Shown in pieces: positions 32,909-33,950 of a stretch of 33,950 bases of DNA. The notes below the pieces were generated by a model that saw only the letters and a program-made list of their open reading frames with translations, searched no databases and had not been told where the DNA came from. Location of the stretch: contig JAUSPW010000620.1 in assembly GCA_030652635.1 (NCBI GenBank), forward strand, positions 1-33,950, read 5' to 3'. Source of the stretch: Pseudohongiella sp. (GTDB taxonomy: Bacteria > Pseudomonadota > Gammaproteobacteria > Pseudomonadales > Pseudohongiellaceae). The position numbers were made by a program, and so were the translations under genes. Position 1 is the stretch's first letter. Each line of letters begins with the position of its first letter.

Positions 32909-33674
32909 CTTGAGTGCTGACAAAGTAAGGCGTAATGGCCTTTTGCGCAGCCTGCGCTAGGTCAAGATGGATGTCTACCGCCGGATAAGCATAAAACGCC
33001 TCGGCATGACTGCAATCTGCAGGCATGGAGAACGTGCGGGCTTTATTCAGAGCCAGAATCATTTCAGGGTAGTTGTTCTGGCTGTTCTGACTGACATAAA
33101 CCTGCATGGCCTGTTCTTTCGCAGCGCGCACCGCAGTGATGTCCATCAACCGGTTAACCGGGCTCTGCACACTGATTTCATACGACCAGGCATTGGGTCG
33201 TTGCCCGCGCCATGGACGCTGATAGAGTCGTTGCAAGGCCTGCCAGACCACCTGCGCCGTGCCACGATGGTCAGGATGCAACTCCAGCACGCCGGGGAAA
33301 AACACGGTGGCCGCAGACAATTCGGTGATTGCCGCCAGCACTCTCTCAATCAGATTATCCTGCGGAAGCAAGCCACGATCGGGTTGATCCCAGGTTTGCA
33401 AAGAGTTTACCCCCAGAATCTGGCAAGCCTGCTCCACTTCCTGTTGTCGTCGCAACACCAGTGCGGCCGCTTCTGGCGTGCCCGCCGCATAGGGACCGCC
33501 GAGCGCGCCGTCGGTCAGCACAATCACATGGGTTTTGATGCTGGCATTGGCCGCAAGGCGCAACGCCCCGCCCATGCCAAAGGTTTCATCATCGGCATGA
33601 GGCGCAAAAACCAGCCAGGGACCCTCAGGCAATTGGCAGGATTGGTAAGGAACAAGTATGTGCTCTGGTGTCAT
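32904..33674 (-). CDS. PIG-L/LmbE-family deacetylase
   Basis: APHADDE..GMGG, TDG, R..E...A...LG, HPDH, K..A...Y.SQ and AEAF. Confidence 0.9.
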   Translation of the reverse strand: MTPEHILVPYQSCQLPEGPWLVFAPHADDETFGMGGALRLAANASIKTHVIVLTDGALGGPYAAGTPEAAALVLRRQQEVEQACQILGVNSLQTWDQPDRGLLPQDNLIERVLAAITELSAATVFFPGVLELHPDHRGTAQVVWQALQRLYQRPWRGQRPNAWSYEISVQSPVNRLMDITAVRAAKEQAMQVYVSQNSQNNYPEMILALNKARTFSMPADCSHAEAFYAYPAVDIHLDLAQAAQKAITPYFVSTQV

Positions 33675-33950
33675 GACCCGAATTGTAGGGCCTTTTGACG
33701 GTTTTTTTTAGCGTTTTCTGGCGACACTGCTGCCTTTCATGGTTAAATCTGCGGCCTTTCAGGCAACAAATGACTAACCGCGCAACCAGATTATGTCGTT
33801 AACCCTCCTACGTGATTGGATACAGTCCCCATTTCGCCATTTCAGGCTGTTTCATCAATTTGTGCGCCAGGAATTCAGCGGCCAGTTTGCTGGGTCGCTG
33901 GGCGGTTTTTTATGGCTGTTTGTCACACCTGTTTTTAATATCGCTATCTA

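Noticed and set aside
32975-32982. ops-like GGCGGTAG on the minus strand ahead of the glycan operon
   Set aside because: Within coding sequence, lacks the downstream TG of the ops consensus, and no JUMPstart context.

Overview
Gammaproteobacterial chromosomal window. Left end (1-6 kb) is mostly core genome: the 5' end of comM, an inserted DUF1778/GNAT toxin-antitoxin pair, a degenerate-GGDEF/EAL protein, rep and two cytochromes c5. The remainder is a ~27 kb cell-surface island. It holds an RsaA/SapA-type S-layer gene with a ~355-aa alanine-rich insert, downstream sapC, methyltransferase, ygjV-like and hypothetical genes, a PrtDEF-type type I secretion system, a matrixin protease with a partner gene, and rhamnose/glycosyltransferase genes (rmlA, rmlC, rmlD). 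The most notable element lies between the S-layer gene and its secretion system: a four-gene signalling cassette encoding a FecR-domain protein with a Pro-rich linker and a beta-rich C-terminus, a CHASE2 class III nucleotide cyclase, a TPR + beta-barrel (Slam/DUF560-like) outer-membrane protein, and a divergent Crp-family regulator. Three CRP-type boxes (TGTGA-N6-TCACA) sit at or within 1 bp of canonical activator spacings upstream of the S-layer gene, the cassette itself and the T1SS operon. Both the cyclase active site and the Crp ligand pocket are non-canonical. This suggests (inference) a dedicated trans-envelope cyclic-nucleotide circuit controlling S-layer production, possibly using a signal other than cAMP. 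All family assignments come from motif recognition by eye; no database searches were run.
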